The notes: generated by a model not told the origin, from the sequence alone. Numbered from the stretch's first letter, positions 49,869 to 59,132 are shown. The stretch is DNA of 64,000 bases from an uncultured Candidatus Saccharibacteria bacterium (GCA_964402215.1 CAYOAT010000001.1:70703-134702), one strand, 5' to 3'. Numbers and translations: made by a program.

Positions 49869-50138
49869 TTATCTATCAAAATTTTTATGAATTATTTCAA
49901 TTAATTTTGTTTTATCAATTTCACCATTTAGTCGTAGAAATTCTACACCTTGTTTGTCTAAAAAAACAAAAGTCGGCAGGATGTTTGTAATATTATATTT
50001 TTCTACCATCTCTTTATCCTGATCAAAATCATAATATTCCGTTATTAATGCAGAATTCTCTGCCTCAATTTCTTTCCACCTTGGTTTCATCACGAGACAT
50101 CCTGGACACCAAACTGCACCAAATTTTAGCACTTTCAT
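49869..50138 (-). CDS. thioredoxin-like protein
   Basis: WCPGC active site, 89 aa. Confidence 0.8.
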   Translation of the reverse strand: MKVLKFGAVWCPGCLVMKPRWKEIEAENSALITEYYDFDQDKEMVEKYNITNILPTFVFLDKQGVEFLRLNGEIDKTKLIEIIHKNFDR

Positions 50139-50150
50139 ATATTAAATATT

Positions 50151-50429
50151 TTAATTTTTAACTATTTTTATCGCCTTCCCATTAATCAATGAATCGGCAA
50201 TCTTTTTATATGCTGAATTAATAATTCTCTGATAGGTGCTTGCCGAGGTCTTCATCTCCTGTGCTGCTGATTCTTGATCTAGATCACTGACATATCTCAA
50301 TCGATATGCCTCAAGTTCTTCATGGGTAAGTTCAATAACAGCAAGGTTTCTCATTGGAATACCCTGTGGTTTAAAATATGTAACGTCAGGTCTAAATTGA
50401 ATTTTTCGACACAATCTTGGTCTTGGCAT
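50151..50429 (-). CDS. DUF134/UPF0251 family putative DNA-binding protein
   Basis: MPRPRLCRKI...FKPQGIP...LTHEELEAYRL...QESAAQEM..S.STYQR...KKIADSLINGKAIKI matches the UPF0251 pattern. Confidence 0.7.
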   Translation of the reverse strand: MPRPRLCRKIQFRPDVTYFKPQGIPMRNLAVIELTHEELEAYRLRYVSDLDQESAAQEMKTSASTYQRIINSAYKKIADSLINGKAIKIVKN

Positions 50430-50495
50430 AACTAAATTATTATAGCAAATAATTAAAATCGCCCCATTTTATAGTAAAGCGATTTCAATTATAAT

Positions 50496-50702
50496 TTACG
50501 AGACTTTGTTTTGCGGAGAAGTTTGTCTTATTCCGTTTCCTCTCCTAATTCCACGTCCTCTTCCACCACCTCTTCCTGGTCCACCTACAGAAACTTGTCT
50601 ATTAGCTACATTTCCCTGTGGTGATTCATCTCCACATGATCCCATTCCACGACCAGTTTTTGGACCTTTTCCATTTGGGCCAGTCCTATCAAAATTTGGC
50701 AT
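50496..50702 (-). CDS. small Gly/Arg-rich protein (DUF5320-like partner of DUF134)
   Basis: MPNFDRTGPNGKGPKTGRGMGSCG N-terminus typical of small proteins found beside DUF134 genes; low complexity so existence is moderate. Confidence 0.5.
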   Translation of the reverse strand: MPNFDRTGPNGKGPKTGRGMGSCGDESPQGNVANRQVSVGGPGRGGGRGRGIRRGNGIRQTSPQNKVS

Positions 50703-50753
50703 ATATATTTATATTATTGCTGTTAATAGATAGTTTATTCACTATCTATTATG

Positions 50754-50782
50754 AGTATATACCCATAACTATCTTGTGTCAA
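50754..50782 (-). promoter_or_regulatory. sigma70-like promoter for the DUF5320/DUF134/thioredoxin operon
   Basis: minus-strand TTGACA (50777-50782), 17-nt spacer, TATACT (50754-50759), ~45 nt upstream of the first ATG. Confidence 0.5.
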
Positions 50783-50786
50783 ACAT

Positions 50787-50900
50787 CTTTTGCCACTTTT
50801 TGCCATGCTCGAGACTCGTCGATTTTGAAAACCAAAATATGCTAAAATAACATTACAGGACCTGGCCGAGAAAGGTTCTAACTCGAGGCTCTCCGCCAAG
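50787..50900 (+). repeat. copy B of ~115-bp repeat; contains degenerate tRNA-Ser-like anticodon-arm and 3'-end sequences
   Basis: aligns with 48366..48480; ends ctctccgccaag, identical to the last 12 nt of tRNA-Ser incl. first C of CCA context; also contains ttgaaaacc like the tRNA-Ser anticodon arm. Confidence 0.7.
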
Positions 50901-50961
50901 AAACATATTTCTAAAATCGAGACTGGAAAAGTCGGGGCGAGGCGCTATAATTTATAATTAT

Positions 50962-51120
50962 GATTAAAACTATATTAATTATTTTCTTAATTTTTATCTC
51001 TGCTGTAATAATTTATTTCATCCTTGGAAACCTTGGTATTGTGCCATTAAGACACTGTGATAGTGCTATGGGCCCATCAGGACAGATATATTTTTGTGAA
51101 TGGTATAGCGGACCACCAAG
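50962..51120 (+). CDS. possible small membrane protein (52 aa), not in ORF track
   Basis: ATG ORF MIKTILIIFLIFISAVIIYFILGNLG... one TM helix; below the ORF-track length cutoff. Confidence 0.25.
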
Positions 51121-51132
51121 TATATATTGACT

Positions 51133-51405
51133 TTACTTTGCCAAACTCAACATAAATTCTTCTAAATCAGTTAATCTTTCAAGAGAAATATCAGTTGTTT
51201 TTTTAAGAAGTTTAATCCCCTGTCTAATTTCCTCCTTATCAATTCCAGCCTGGGATCCAGACTCGTACAGATGCCCCTCAAAAACCATTTTGGCTTTTTC
51301 ACGATCATTATTACTCCAGTCATGTGAAGACAAAAAAACCAAAACTCTTTCTTTAAATTCCGTTTCAGATACTATTGGTTTTGAACTACTCCAAAATAAT
51401 CCCAT
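51133..51405 (-). CDS. hypothetical protein
   Basis: 90 aa, no motif recognised. Confidence 0.4.
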   Translation of the reverse strand: MGLFWSSSKPIVSETEFKERVLVFLSSHDWSNNDREKAKMVFEGHLYESGSQAGIDKEEIRQGIKLLKKTTDISLERLTDLEEFMLSLAK

Positions 51406-51514
51406 GTTAGTTACAATTATTTGTTAATGAAGATATTATACCGGAAAGAACGACTATATAACAACAGCCTAAACCCCGTTTCAAACAAAACCTTGATAAT
51501 TTCGCTTCTCCTAT

Positions 51515-52561
51515 TTGATAAAGATGCTAAAATTAGGACAAATGATATTTTTTATACTTAATTCAATATTGGCGCTTGTTGGAGTTTATATTTCGCGAAT
51601 GATTTTTCTAAAGAAAAAATCATCTGAAAGTGTAGTTTGCTATATCGGCGGCAGCTGTGATGATGTCTTATCAAGTAAATTTTCAAAATTCTTTGGTGTT
51701 GGAATTGATATTTTTGGGATAATTTATTACTCCGTTTTATTTTTAGGATATCTTTATCTATCTATATTTAAACCTATGCCTGAAATTATCTTTGGTTTGT
51801 TTGTTATGGCCTTTATTGGTTTCTCTTTCTCTCTTTACTTGGTTTTTGTCCAAGCTTTGTATTTGAAAAAATGGTGTCTCAATTGTTTTTCTTCAGCCAT
51901 AAATTCAGTAATAATTTTTATTCTCGCATCAATTTCTTTTTCTGATTATTTTGGTGTCGTGGGAGTTTATCTTGCAGAAATGGTTAATACACTAAGCCTT
52001 GTTCATTTAATTGGAGTGGCAATAGGTGTCAGTGCTGCAACAATCGGTGGGTTTATGATTATTAATTTTTTGAAAGATTTTAAAATTGACAGTCATGAAG
52101 ATAGAAAATTAACAATTTTAGATCAAATCGTTTGGTTGGCGGTGGCTACCCTTCTCGTAGTTAATTTATGCTATTACATAATAGATCCTGAACTTTATTT
52201 TGGTTCATCACAATTTCTGTCGCAATTAGTCATTTTCATTGTTTTAATTATTAACAATGCTTTTCTAAGTCTCTATATTAATCCAAAACTTATTGGTATT
52301 AGAATTGATATGAAATCAATTAATGTCTTTAGAACATTTTGGCTTCGCCAGTGCGCACTAGCGATGGGTGTAATTTCTATTATTTCTTGGTATACAATCC
52401 TTTTTGTTTCCTTCTTTGCAAAAATAACCGACGACAGTATCATAAATGTCATCAGTTATTATGTTGCCATTACAATAATGGCAGTAATTGTAAGTCAGCT
52501 AGCTATCCTTCTTGTTGATAAAATAAAAATTACAAGCGATAATACATATAAGTTTAAATAA
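51515..52561 (+). CDS. vitamin K epoxide reductase (VKOR) domain membrane protein with C-terminal multi-TM extension
   Basis: loop cysteines CYIGGSCDDV...SKFSKFFGV and TM active site WCLNC. Confidence 0.7.
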   Translation: MIKMLKLGQMIFFILNSILALVGVYISRMIFLKKKSSESVVCYIGGSCDDVLSSKFSKFFGVGIDIFGIIYYSVLFLGYLYLSIFKPMPEIIFGLFVMAFIGFSFSLYLVFVQALYLKKWCLNCFSSAINSVIIFILASISFSDYFGVVGVYLAEMVNTLSLVHLIGVAIGVSAATIGGFMIINFLKDFKIDSHEDRKLTILDQIVWLAVATLLVVNLCYYIIDPELYFGSSQFLSQLVIFIVLIINNAFLSLYINPKLIGIRIDMKSINVFRTFWLRQCALAMGVISIISWYTILFVSFFAKITDDSIINVISYYVAITIMAVIVSQLAILLVDKIKITSDNTYKFK

Positions 52562-52562
52562 C

Positions 52563-53033
52563 ATGCCACAAAAAAGTATATCTTGGAGAGCATACGATCA
52601 CATTAAAGAAAAAAAATCAGAGGACTGGTTCTGGATTGTTGGGATTGTTGCAATTGCCATCGCCATACTTGCAATTTTCTTTAATAATATTTTATTTGCA
52701 CTTTTAATTGTATTGGCAGCTTTTTCTTCTTTTCTATTAGCACATAGCGCCCCAAGAGTAATTGATTATGAAATCAGCCGAAAAGGAATCCGTTCCGGTG
52801 ACGTAATTTATCCTTTTTCAAGTGTTGAATCTTTTTGGACAGTTGATGAAGATGGCTACGAAAGAGACAGAATACTGGTTAAATCAAAAAAATTCTTTAT
52901 GCCGATGATCACAATTCCTGTTGGAGATGGCGCAAATCTAGAGGAAGTTCGTGAATGTTTACTACAGTATTTAAAAGAAGAAGAACTGCACGAACCATTT
53001 TATGAATATTTAATGCACATTTTGGGTTTCTAA
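52563..53033 (+). CDS. hypothetical membrane protein
   Basis: 156 aa, two N-proximal TM helices; coupled to VKOR gene (1-nt gap). Confidence 0.4.
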   Translation: MPQKSISWRAYDHIKEKKSEDWFWIVGIVAIAIAILAIFFNNILFALLIVLAAFSSFLLAHSAPRVIDYEISRKGIRSGDVIYPFSSVESFWTVDEDGYERDRILVKSKKFFMPMITIPVGDGANLEEVRECLLQYLKEEELHEPFYEYLMHILGF

Positions 53034-53106
53034 TTTTTTATTTTCGCTTGATTTATATTGAAAAAGAAAATAGTATTCAATTTGCGATGTTTTTTTCGTA
53101 AATATC

Positions 53107-53178
53107 GTCCCCGTAGTTCAATGGATAGAATGCAAGATTGCGGATCTTGCGACCCAGGTTCGACTCCTGGCGGGGGCA
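53107..53178 (+). tRNA. tRNA-Arg (anticodon read as GCG)
   Basis: acceptor GTCCCCG/CGGGGGC, anticodon stem CAAGA/TCTTG with loop TTGCGGA, T-stem CCAGG/CCTGG with loop TTCGACT. Confidence 0.65.
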
Positions 53179-53210
53179 CAAAAAATATTTAAACAAGCTA
53201 TAATATTTGC

Positions 53211-54182
53211 ATGACAATTATATTTATAATAATTTTTCTTGTTTCTTGTCTGCTCTTGATGTTTGCTGGCGATTGGTTGATCAGGGCCCTTTCTAATGTT
53301 TCCGAATTTCTGGGCTGGAAAGAATTTACTGTGGCCTTTATTGTTATGTCCATTGCAACGGCTTCTCCTGAATTGTTTATTGGTATAGGATCGGCATTTC
53401 GTGGTATTCCAGAACTCTCACTTGGAAATATCATCGGCCAAAACATTATCCATTTTACTGTAGCTATTTTTATTTTAGTTTTAATTCGTGGAAGTTTCTC
53501 GGTAAGATCACCAGCCACAAAAACAGCAGCCTTTTTTTCTGCTTTTATGGCCGTATTCCCTCTTGTTTTAGTTCTTGATGGATCATTATCCAGAATTGAT
53601 GGGTTGATTTTAATTCTTTTGTTTATCGGCTACACATTTCGTTTAATAAGAAATTCTAAAAGACGTGTAATTATTTTCGACGAGCCAGACAATGCAATTT
53701 CCGAATCAAAATCTTTACTAAAAAACTTTGGTTTATTTATGAAAAATATTTGGTTTCTACTAATCGGTATTTTTATTTTGCTAGTAGCTTCGCAAGGAAT
53801 TATCAGTGCATCAACATATTTTGTTGGTTTTTTTAATATTCCATTTGTCGTTATGGGTGCAGTTATTGTAGGACTTGGAACGTCTTTACCTGAACTTTAT
53901 TTTTCTGCATTATCAGCAAGAAAAGGTGAAACGGAATTAATGGCTGGAAATTTACTTGGTTCAACAGTTGTTTCTACAAGTCTTGTGCTTGGAATCGTTT
54001 CGTTAATATCACCAATTACAAATATCACCTGGCATTCATATGCTGCGAGTAGAATATTTTTATTTATTTCTGTTTGTCTGTTTATCGCCTTTCTCTTATC
54101 TGATAAAAAGGTCAATAAAAAAGAAGCGGCGATATTACTTTCAGTTTATTTATTATTTATTATTTCTGAAACTCTTTTTTAG
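53211..54182 (+). CDS. Ca2+/Na+ antiporter (CaCA family), second copy
   Basis: alpha-repeats ATASPELF and GTSLPELY. Confidence 0.85.
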   Translation: MTIIFIIIFLVSCLLLMFAGDWLIRALSNVSEFLGWKEFTVAFIVMSIATASPELFIGIGSAFRGIPELSLGNIIGQNIIHFTVAIFILVLIRGSFSVRSPATKTAAFFSAFMAVFPLVLVLDGSLSRIDGLILILLFIGYTFRLIRNSKRRVIIFDEPDNAISESKSLLKNFGLFMKNIWFLLIGIFILLVASQGIISASTYFVGFFNIPFVVMGAVIVGLGTSLPELYFSALSARKGETELMAGNLLGSTVVSTSLVLGIVSLISPITNITWHSYAASRIFLFISVCLFIAFLLSDKKVNKKEAAILLSVYLLFIISETLF

Positions 54183-54314
54183 ACCGAGCGACAATTATTG
54201 ACAAAGCCAGAATATTTTGCATAATGTTCCATGAATACGTTCCAGTTCATTGATTCGAATTTGATTTAAAAAAACAAAAAACGCTGAGAAATTAGCAAGA
54301 AAAGGAGCATCAGA

Positions 54315-54728
54315 ATGGATATTTCGAAATTGGCACAACGAGTGTTTATGGTCCTCGGAATCATTGGGGCGATTGCCATGATTGGGGTGACCGTTTCAAA
54401 CGCCAATAAAGAAAAAAAACAGCCGCCTACGCAGACCAAATCAGCCGACGAAGAACCGATGGGCTTTATCGCTGATCTGGGCTGGTATCCGATTGTTGGT
54501 ACTGTCCTTACAGAAACCAACAGTGGTTTGAACTTTATTGTGGTGTCCTTTAATGGAAATCTCGACGACGAGAAATCATACAGAAGGGCCTACATTTCAA
54601 AGGAAAATGTCGATGCCGATAACTGGGCTAAATCAAACCCAGAAACCGGACGCTATGAGGCCCACATTTACTATGAAGTTTTGCCCGGCAAAACAACCGG
54701 CGCCTTCATGGTCGAGTGGCCGAAATAG
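54315..54728 (+). CDS. hypothetical secreted/membrane-anchored protein in a GC-rich patch
   Basis: N-terminal hydrophobic helix; strong RBS AAGGAG 8 nt upstream; local G+C clearly above flanks. Confidence 0.5.
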   Translation: MDISKLAQRVFMVLGIIGAIAMIGVTVSNANKEKKQPPTQTKSADEEPMGFIADLGWYPIVGTVLTETNSGLNFIVVSFNGNLDDEKSYRRAYISKENVDADNWAKSNPETGRYEAHIYYEVLPGKTTGAFMVEWPK

Positions 54729-54793
54729 AACAAGATAAATCCACTCAATACCACAACTTCGGTTGTGGTTTTTTAATTTCATATTAATACAAA

Positions 54794-54821
54794 CAAAAAA
54801 CCGGCATTTGGCCGGCTTTTT
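54794..54821 (-). terminator. rho-independent terminator of rpsT
   Basis: CCGGC-attt-GCCGG hairpin flanked by A/T runs. Confidence 0.6.
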
Positions 54822-54822
54822 A

Positions 54823-55101
54823 TTATTTCTTATCTGCGAATTTTACCTTTTTAATCTTTGCAACCAATCTCGATTTAGTTCTAGCCGCAGCATTTTTGTG
54901 AATAGTGTGCATTTTTGCAGCCTTATCAATTGCTGCATATGCTTCCCCAACCTTTTTCTCTGCTTCAGCAACTTTTTTCTCGCTTAATAATTTTTCAATA
55001 TCTTTTATGACAGCTTTATAAGCTCTTTTTCGGCGTAAGTTAAAAATCGCCTTTTTTTCTCCGGCGCGAATTGCTTTTTTTGCTGAACTTGTTATAGCCA
55101 T
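54823..55101 (-). CDS. rpsT: 30S ribosomal protein S20
   Basis: S20-like basic helical protein (MAITSSAKKAIR...). Confidence 0.9.
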   Translation of the reverse strand: MAITSSAKKAIRAGEKKAIFNLRRKRAYKAVIKDIEKLLSEKKVAEAEKKVGEAYAAIDKAAKMHTIHKNAAARTKSRLVAKIKKVKFADKK

Positions 55102-55176
55102 AGTGACAAAGACTTTACCAGACCTTTACATAAAAAGCAAATGATATTTTTGTAAGCCACGTGATATTATATACAT

Positions 55177-55743
55177 ATGATTGCTTATCTTTCAGGTAAA
55201 ATTATTGATTCAAATTTGGATTCAATTATCTTGGATGTTTCATCTGTTGGTTATCAAATTTTCGTTCTTGGAAAATTTATTCAAGAAATTAAAGCCAAAA
55301 AAGACATTTCACTTTGGATTCATCACGCAGTCCGCGAAGATTCCGAGAAATTATACGGTTTTAAAGATAAATCTGAACTTCTCATGTTTGAAATGCTCAT
55401 GACGATTTCTGGTATTGGACCAAAATCAGCACTTTCTATATTAAATACCGCGTCACTTGAAACTTTAACCGAAGGAATTCATTCTGGTGATGCCGCATAT
55501 CTGTCAAAAATTTCAGGAATAAGCCGAAAAAATTCAGAAAAAATTATAATAAACCTAAAAGATAAAATTGGTGTTGATTTATCTGGAAATGAAGGAGTTC
55601 AAAATCAAAATACAGTAGCAATTGACGCGCTTGTCTCTCTTGGATATTCTGAACGTGAATCCAGAGAAGTTGTTAGAAAAATTGGTAAAGCAGAGAATCC
55701 TGAGGAAATTATAAAGAAAGCTTTAAAGAAATTGAGTAATTAA
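55177..55743 (+). CDS. ruvA: Holliday junction branch-migration protein RuvA
   Basis: MIAYLSGKI N-terminus, HhH motifs. Confidence 0.9.
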   Translation: MIAYLSGKIIDSNLDSIILDVSSVGYQIFVLGKFIQEIKAKKDISLWIHHAVREDSEKLYGFKDKSELLMFEMLMTISGIGPKSALSILNTASLETLTEGIHSGDAAYLSKISGISRKNSEKIIINLKDKIGVDLSGNEGVQNQNTVAIDALVSLGYSERESREVVRKIGKAENPEEIIKKALKKLSN

Positions 55744-55752
55744 AAGAATAAA

Positions 55753-57009
55753 ATGGAAAAGTTATTACGCACAGTAGAAAAATTTATACCAAAAAAACTT
55801 TTTAGAGCTGCTCAGCCTATTTATCATTATTTTTTGGCAATAGTTGGTGCCATAATTTATGGCTTCCCTGCTAGAAAACTTTTCGTCATTGGAATTACTG
55901 GTACAAAAGGTAAATCGACAACTGCCGAAGTAATTAATGCGATTTTAGAAGAAGCTGGATACAAAACCGCTCTTTGCAATACAATCCGCCATAAAATAGA
56001 TAAAGAATCTGTCTCAAACAGATTTAATATGTCGATGCCAGGAAGATTTTTTATTCAGAATTTTTTACATCGCGCGGTAAAAGCCGGATGTACACATGCG
56101 GTTGTTGAAATTACTTCTGAAGGATCAAAACAGTTCAGACATAAATTTGTTTGGCTTGATGTTTTTGTTTTTACTAACATCGTTCCTGAACACATAGAAT
56201 CTCATGGTTCATATAAAAAATACAAGGAAGCAAAATTGAGAATTGCCGATTTGGTTAAAAAGAAAAATGGAATAATTGTGGCAAATTCAGATAATGACGA
56301 GGCTGAAGATTTTCTAAAGAAAGCTAATATTGAAAAACAAATAAAATATTCACTTTCCGATGCAAAACCAATTGTTTATGGCCATGAAACTGAAATGCGA
56401 TTCAAGAGAAATATTTTATACACAAAACTTCCTGGAGAATTTAACGTTTACAATATTTTGGCCGCTGTCACAGTTGCCGACGCGATGGGAATTGATATTG
56501 AAATAATAAAACGTGCTGTAGAAAATCTGGTAGAAATTCCGGGGCGTGTACAAAAAATAAAACTTGGACAAAATTTTGATTTAATTGTTGATTATGCTCA
56601 CACAGCCGCTTCCCTCGAAGAACTTTACAAAGCTTTTCCTGGGAAAAACAAAATCTGTGTCCTCGGAAGTTCTGGTGGTGGACGAGATAGATGGAAGAGG
56701 CCGATCATGGGCAAAACTGCAGAAAATTATTGTTCAGAAATAATACTAACAAACGAAGATCCATATGATGAGGATCCAGAACAAATTGTTAATGAAATAA
56801 AAAATGGTCTAACTGAAAAAACAGCGAAAGTAATCATGGATCGCCGTGAAGCTATAAAAACGGCTATAAAACACGCTAAAAATGGCGATGTCATACTTAT
56901 AACTGGAAAAGGCACAGAACCATATCTTATGGAAGCAAACAACGTAAAAACCCCTTGGTCTGATTATAAAGTCGCTAAAGAAGAATTAGAAAAGATTCTC
57001 AATAAATAA
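55753..57009 (+). CDS. Mur ligase family protein (MurE/MurF-like)
   Basis: P-loop GITGTKGKST, TNIVPEHIESHGS motif, Mur ligase C-terminal domain. Confidence 0.7.
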   Translation: MEKLLRTVEKFIPKKLFRAAQPIYHYFLAIVGAIIYGFPARKLFVIGITGTKGKSTTAEVINAILEEAGYKTALCNTIRHKIDKESVSNRFNMSMPGRFFIQNFLHRAVKAGCTHAVVEITSEGSKQFRHKFVWLDVFVFTNIVPEHIESHGSYKKYKEAKLRIADLVKKKNGIIVANSDNDEAEDFLKKANIEKQIKYSLSDAKPIVYGHETEMRFKRNILYTKLPGEFNVYNILAAVTVADAMGIDIEIIKRAVENLVEIPGRVQKIKLGQNFDLIVDYAHTAASLEELYKAFPGKNKICVLGSSGGGRDRWKRPIMGKTAENYCSEIILTNEDPYDEDPEQIVNEIKNGLTEKTAKVIMDRREAIKTAIKHAKNGDVILITGKGTEPYLMEANNVKTPWSDYKVAKEELEKILNK

Positions 57010-57071
57010 TTAGTTGTAATAGTTTTTGTTTTCACTTTTGCAGATTTATTTAAATCTGATAAACAATTGAT

Positions 57072-57980
57072 ATGCCCGAACTACCAGAAGTCACAACAAC
57101 GGCGCGAATACTTAACCAACTTATTGTCGGTCAGAAGATTTTATCTGTTTGGACAAATTACGGTAGTTCGTATTTTAATGGAAAAAATAATATAAAAGAT
57201 AAAAAATATTTTGAATTTTTTAAAAAAGAAGTAATTGGAAGAAAAATCACCAATGTTTCAAGAATCGGTAAAAACGTTTTAATAAATATAGAAGGTCCAA
57301 AGACTATTTTGGTTCACATGAAAATGACCGGTCATTTACTGTATGGAAATTATGAAAAAAGAAAAAACGAATGGGTCGCAATGACACCAGGTCCCCTTCA
57401 GGACAAGTTCAATGCCTATATCAGACTAATATTTGAACTTTCTAATGGAAAATGTTTGGCACTTTCGGATGTTCGACGTTTTGCCAAAGTAACTTTGATT
57501 GAAGATGGCGATGCAGAAAATTTTTCTGACACAAAGGATCTGGGTCCTGATCCAACTCACAAAAGTTTTGTGCTAAAAGAATTTAAGAAAGCACTTTCGA
57601 AAAAACCAAACGGTCCAGTCAAAACTGTTCTCTTGGATCAAAATATTATTGCGGGTATTGGAAATATATATTCTGATGAAGCTTTGTGGTTATCAGGAAT
57701 TCATCCTGAAACAAAAGTAAAAAAAATAAATGATACTGACCTAAAGAATCTTTTAAAAAATATAAAGAAAGTATTAAAACTCGGACTAAATATGGGGGGC
57801 GATTCAACATCGGACTACAGACGACCTGACGGAAGCCCTGGGAAATTCCAACACACTCATAATGTTTATCAGAGAAAAGGTGAAAATTGTCGTAGAAAGG
57901 GCTGCTCCGGAACAATCATCAGAAAAGTCATCGGCGGCCGAGGCACCCATTTTTGTGATACACACCAAAAGCTAAAATAA
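57072..57980 (+). CDS. mutM: formamidopyrimidine-DNA glycosylase (Fpg/Nei family)
   Basis: MPELPEV N-terminal catalytic Pro, H2TH region, C-terminal Cys4 zinc finger. Confidence 0.9.
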   Translation: MPELPEVTTTARILNQLIVGQKILSVWTNYGSSYFNGKNNIKDKKYFEFFKKEVIGRKITNVSRIGKNVLINIEGPKTILVHMKMTGHLLYGNYEKRKNEWVAMTPGPLQDKFNAYIRLIFELSNGKCLALSDVRRFAKVTLIEDGDAENFSDTKDLGPDPTHKSFVLKEFKKALSKKPNGPVKTVLLDQNIIAGIGNIYSDEALWLSGIHPETKVKKINDTDLKNLLKNIKKVLKLGLNMGGDSTSDYRRPDGSPGKFQHTHNVYQRKGENCRRKGCSGTIIRKVIGGRGTHFCDTHQKLK

Positions 57981-58229
57981 GCTTGTTTCAGACCGTACAC
58001 TTGGTTTATGGATAAGTATATATAGAAATGCTTGACAAAATTTACCTATATGCTATAGTATATTGGTAAATGTTCTTTCGGTACAACCGAAAACTAAGCG
58101 CCAAAAAGGAGTTTGCCAAATGAGGTGAGCGTCGAAAACGGGTTAGGCCTTATCACTTGAAGCCTAATTGCGTTGGTTACGCACAATGAGTGTTAATCCC
58201 CCGAGCGAAAGCAAGGGGGATTCATATTT

Positions 58230-58709
58230 TTACTTATCAAATAATCTAAATAATAAAACGGCTGTAGCTACCGAAACATTTAAAGATTCTTTTTTACCAA
58301 GCATTGGAATTTCAGCCACAATATCACTTTGCGCCAAAATTTCTTCTGAAACACCCTCCACTTCATTACCAACGACAATCGCGACCTTTTCTGGAACCTC
58401 TATAGTTTTATAATCAATAGACTTCTCTGATTGTTCAAGAGAAATTATTTTGAAACCATCTTTTTTTAATTTTTCAATTAATTTTAGTGAATCGCCGGCG
58501 GCTTCCCATTCAATATTTTTTTCTGCTCCCAAAGCAGATTTCTTCATATCATTCCTTTCTCTACCAAAACGATCAAGGGGGGTTGGAGTATACCCGACGA
58601 GAAATATTTTCGAAACGCCAATAGCGTCGGACGTTCTGAAAATAGAACCAACGTTTAAAACACTTCGAACGTTATCTATCATTAGAACTATTTGTTTAGT
58701 CTTATTCAT
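58230..58709 (-). CDS. SpoU/TrmH-family RNA 2'-O-methyltransferase
   Basis: SPOUT motifs (VLNVGSIFRTSDAIG, IVVGNEVEGV, IPMLGKKESLNVSVA). Confidence 0.8.
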   Translation of the reverse strand: MNKTKQIVLMIDNVRSVLNVGSIFRTSDAIGVSKIFLVGYTPTPLDRFGRERNDMKKSALGAEKNIEWEAAGDSLKLIEKLKKDGFKIISLEQSEKSIDYKTIEVPEKVAIVVGNEVEGVSEEILAQSDIVAEIPMLGKKESLNVSVATAVLLFRLFDK

Positions 58710-58727
58710 CTTTGATATACTACAACC

Positions 58728-59132
58728 ATGTTTAGCTTTTTTCCAAGTCTTTTAACATATAGTCTTTTATCAACAACAATTATTAGAGTAGTGATTGGTT
58801 TGGTTTTAGTCGCATTTGGAATCATGGCTTTATCCAATAAAAGAAACCTTATCAGACAAAAATTGATAACTCGTGGTTACCCTTTCCCTAGCTTTGTTCC
58901 AATTATTTTAGGCACATTGTCAGTCATTTGCGGCGGATTATTAACTGTCGGATTTTTAACTCAAATAATAGCAATTGTTGCGTCATATACATTTCTAAAT
59001 TTGTGGGTCATAGACAAGGGTGAAATAAAAATATTTGGTCAGTCGTGGTTGTTTTATGTAGCAATGATGATCTTTTCACTGGCTCTTGTTTTATCTGGCG
59101 CAGGGTTATTCGCTTTTGATTTACCACTTTAA
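58728..59132 (+). CDS. DoxX family membrane protein
   Basis: 4-TM small protein with DoxX-like N-terminal helix. Confidence 0.65.
   Translation: MFSFFPSLLTYSLLSTTIIRVVIGLVLVAFGIMALSNKRNLIRQKLITRGYPFPSFVPIILGTLSVICGGLLTVGFLTQIIAIVASYTFLNLWVIDKGEIKIFGQSWLFYVAMMIFSLALVLSGAGLFAFDLPL

Noticed and set aside
50496-50702. doubt whether the 68-aa Gly/Arg-rich ORF is real
   Set aside because: Kept as a feature despite low complexity because its MPxFDxTGPxGxGPxTGRGxGxC N-terminus matches small proteins that accompany DUF134 genes, and a near-consensus promoter sits just upstream. A spurious-ORF explanation is therefore less likely but not excluded.
53198-53518. 106-aa minus-strand ORF
   Set aside because: Antisense to the start of the CaCA antiporter (53211-54182), which has clear alpha-repeat motifs, and overlaps the tRNA-Arg region. 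It is an accidental frame.
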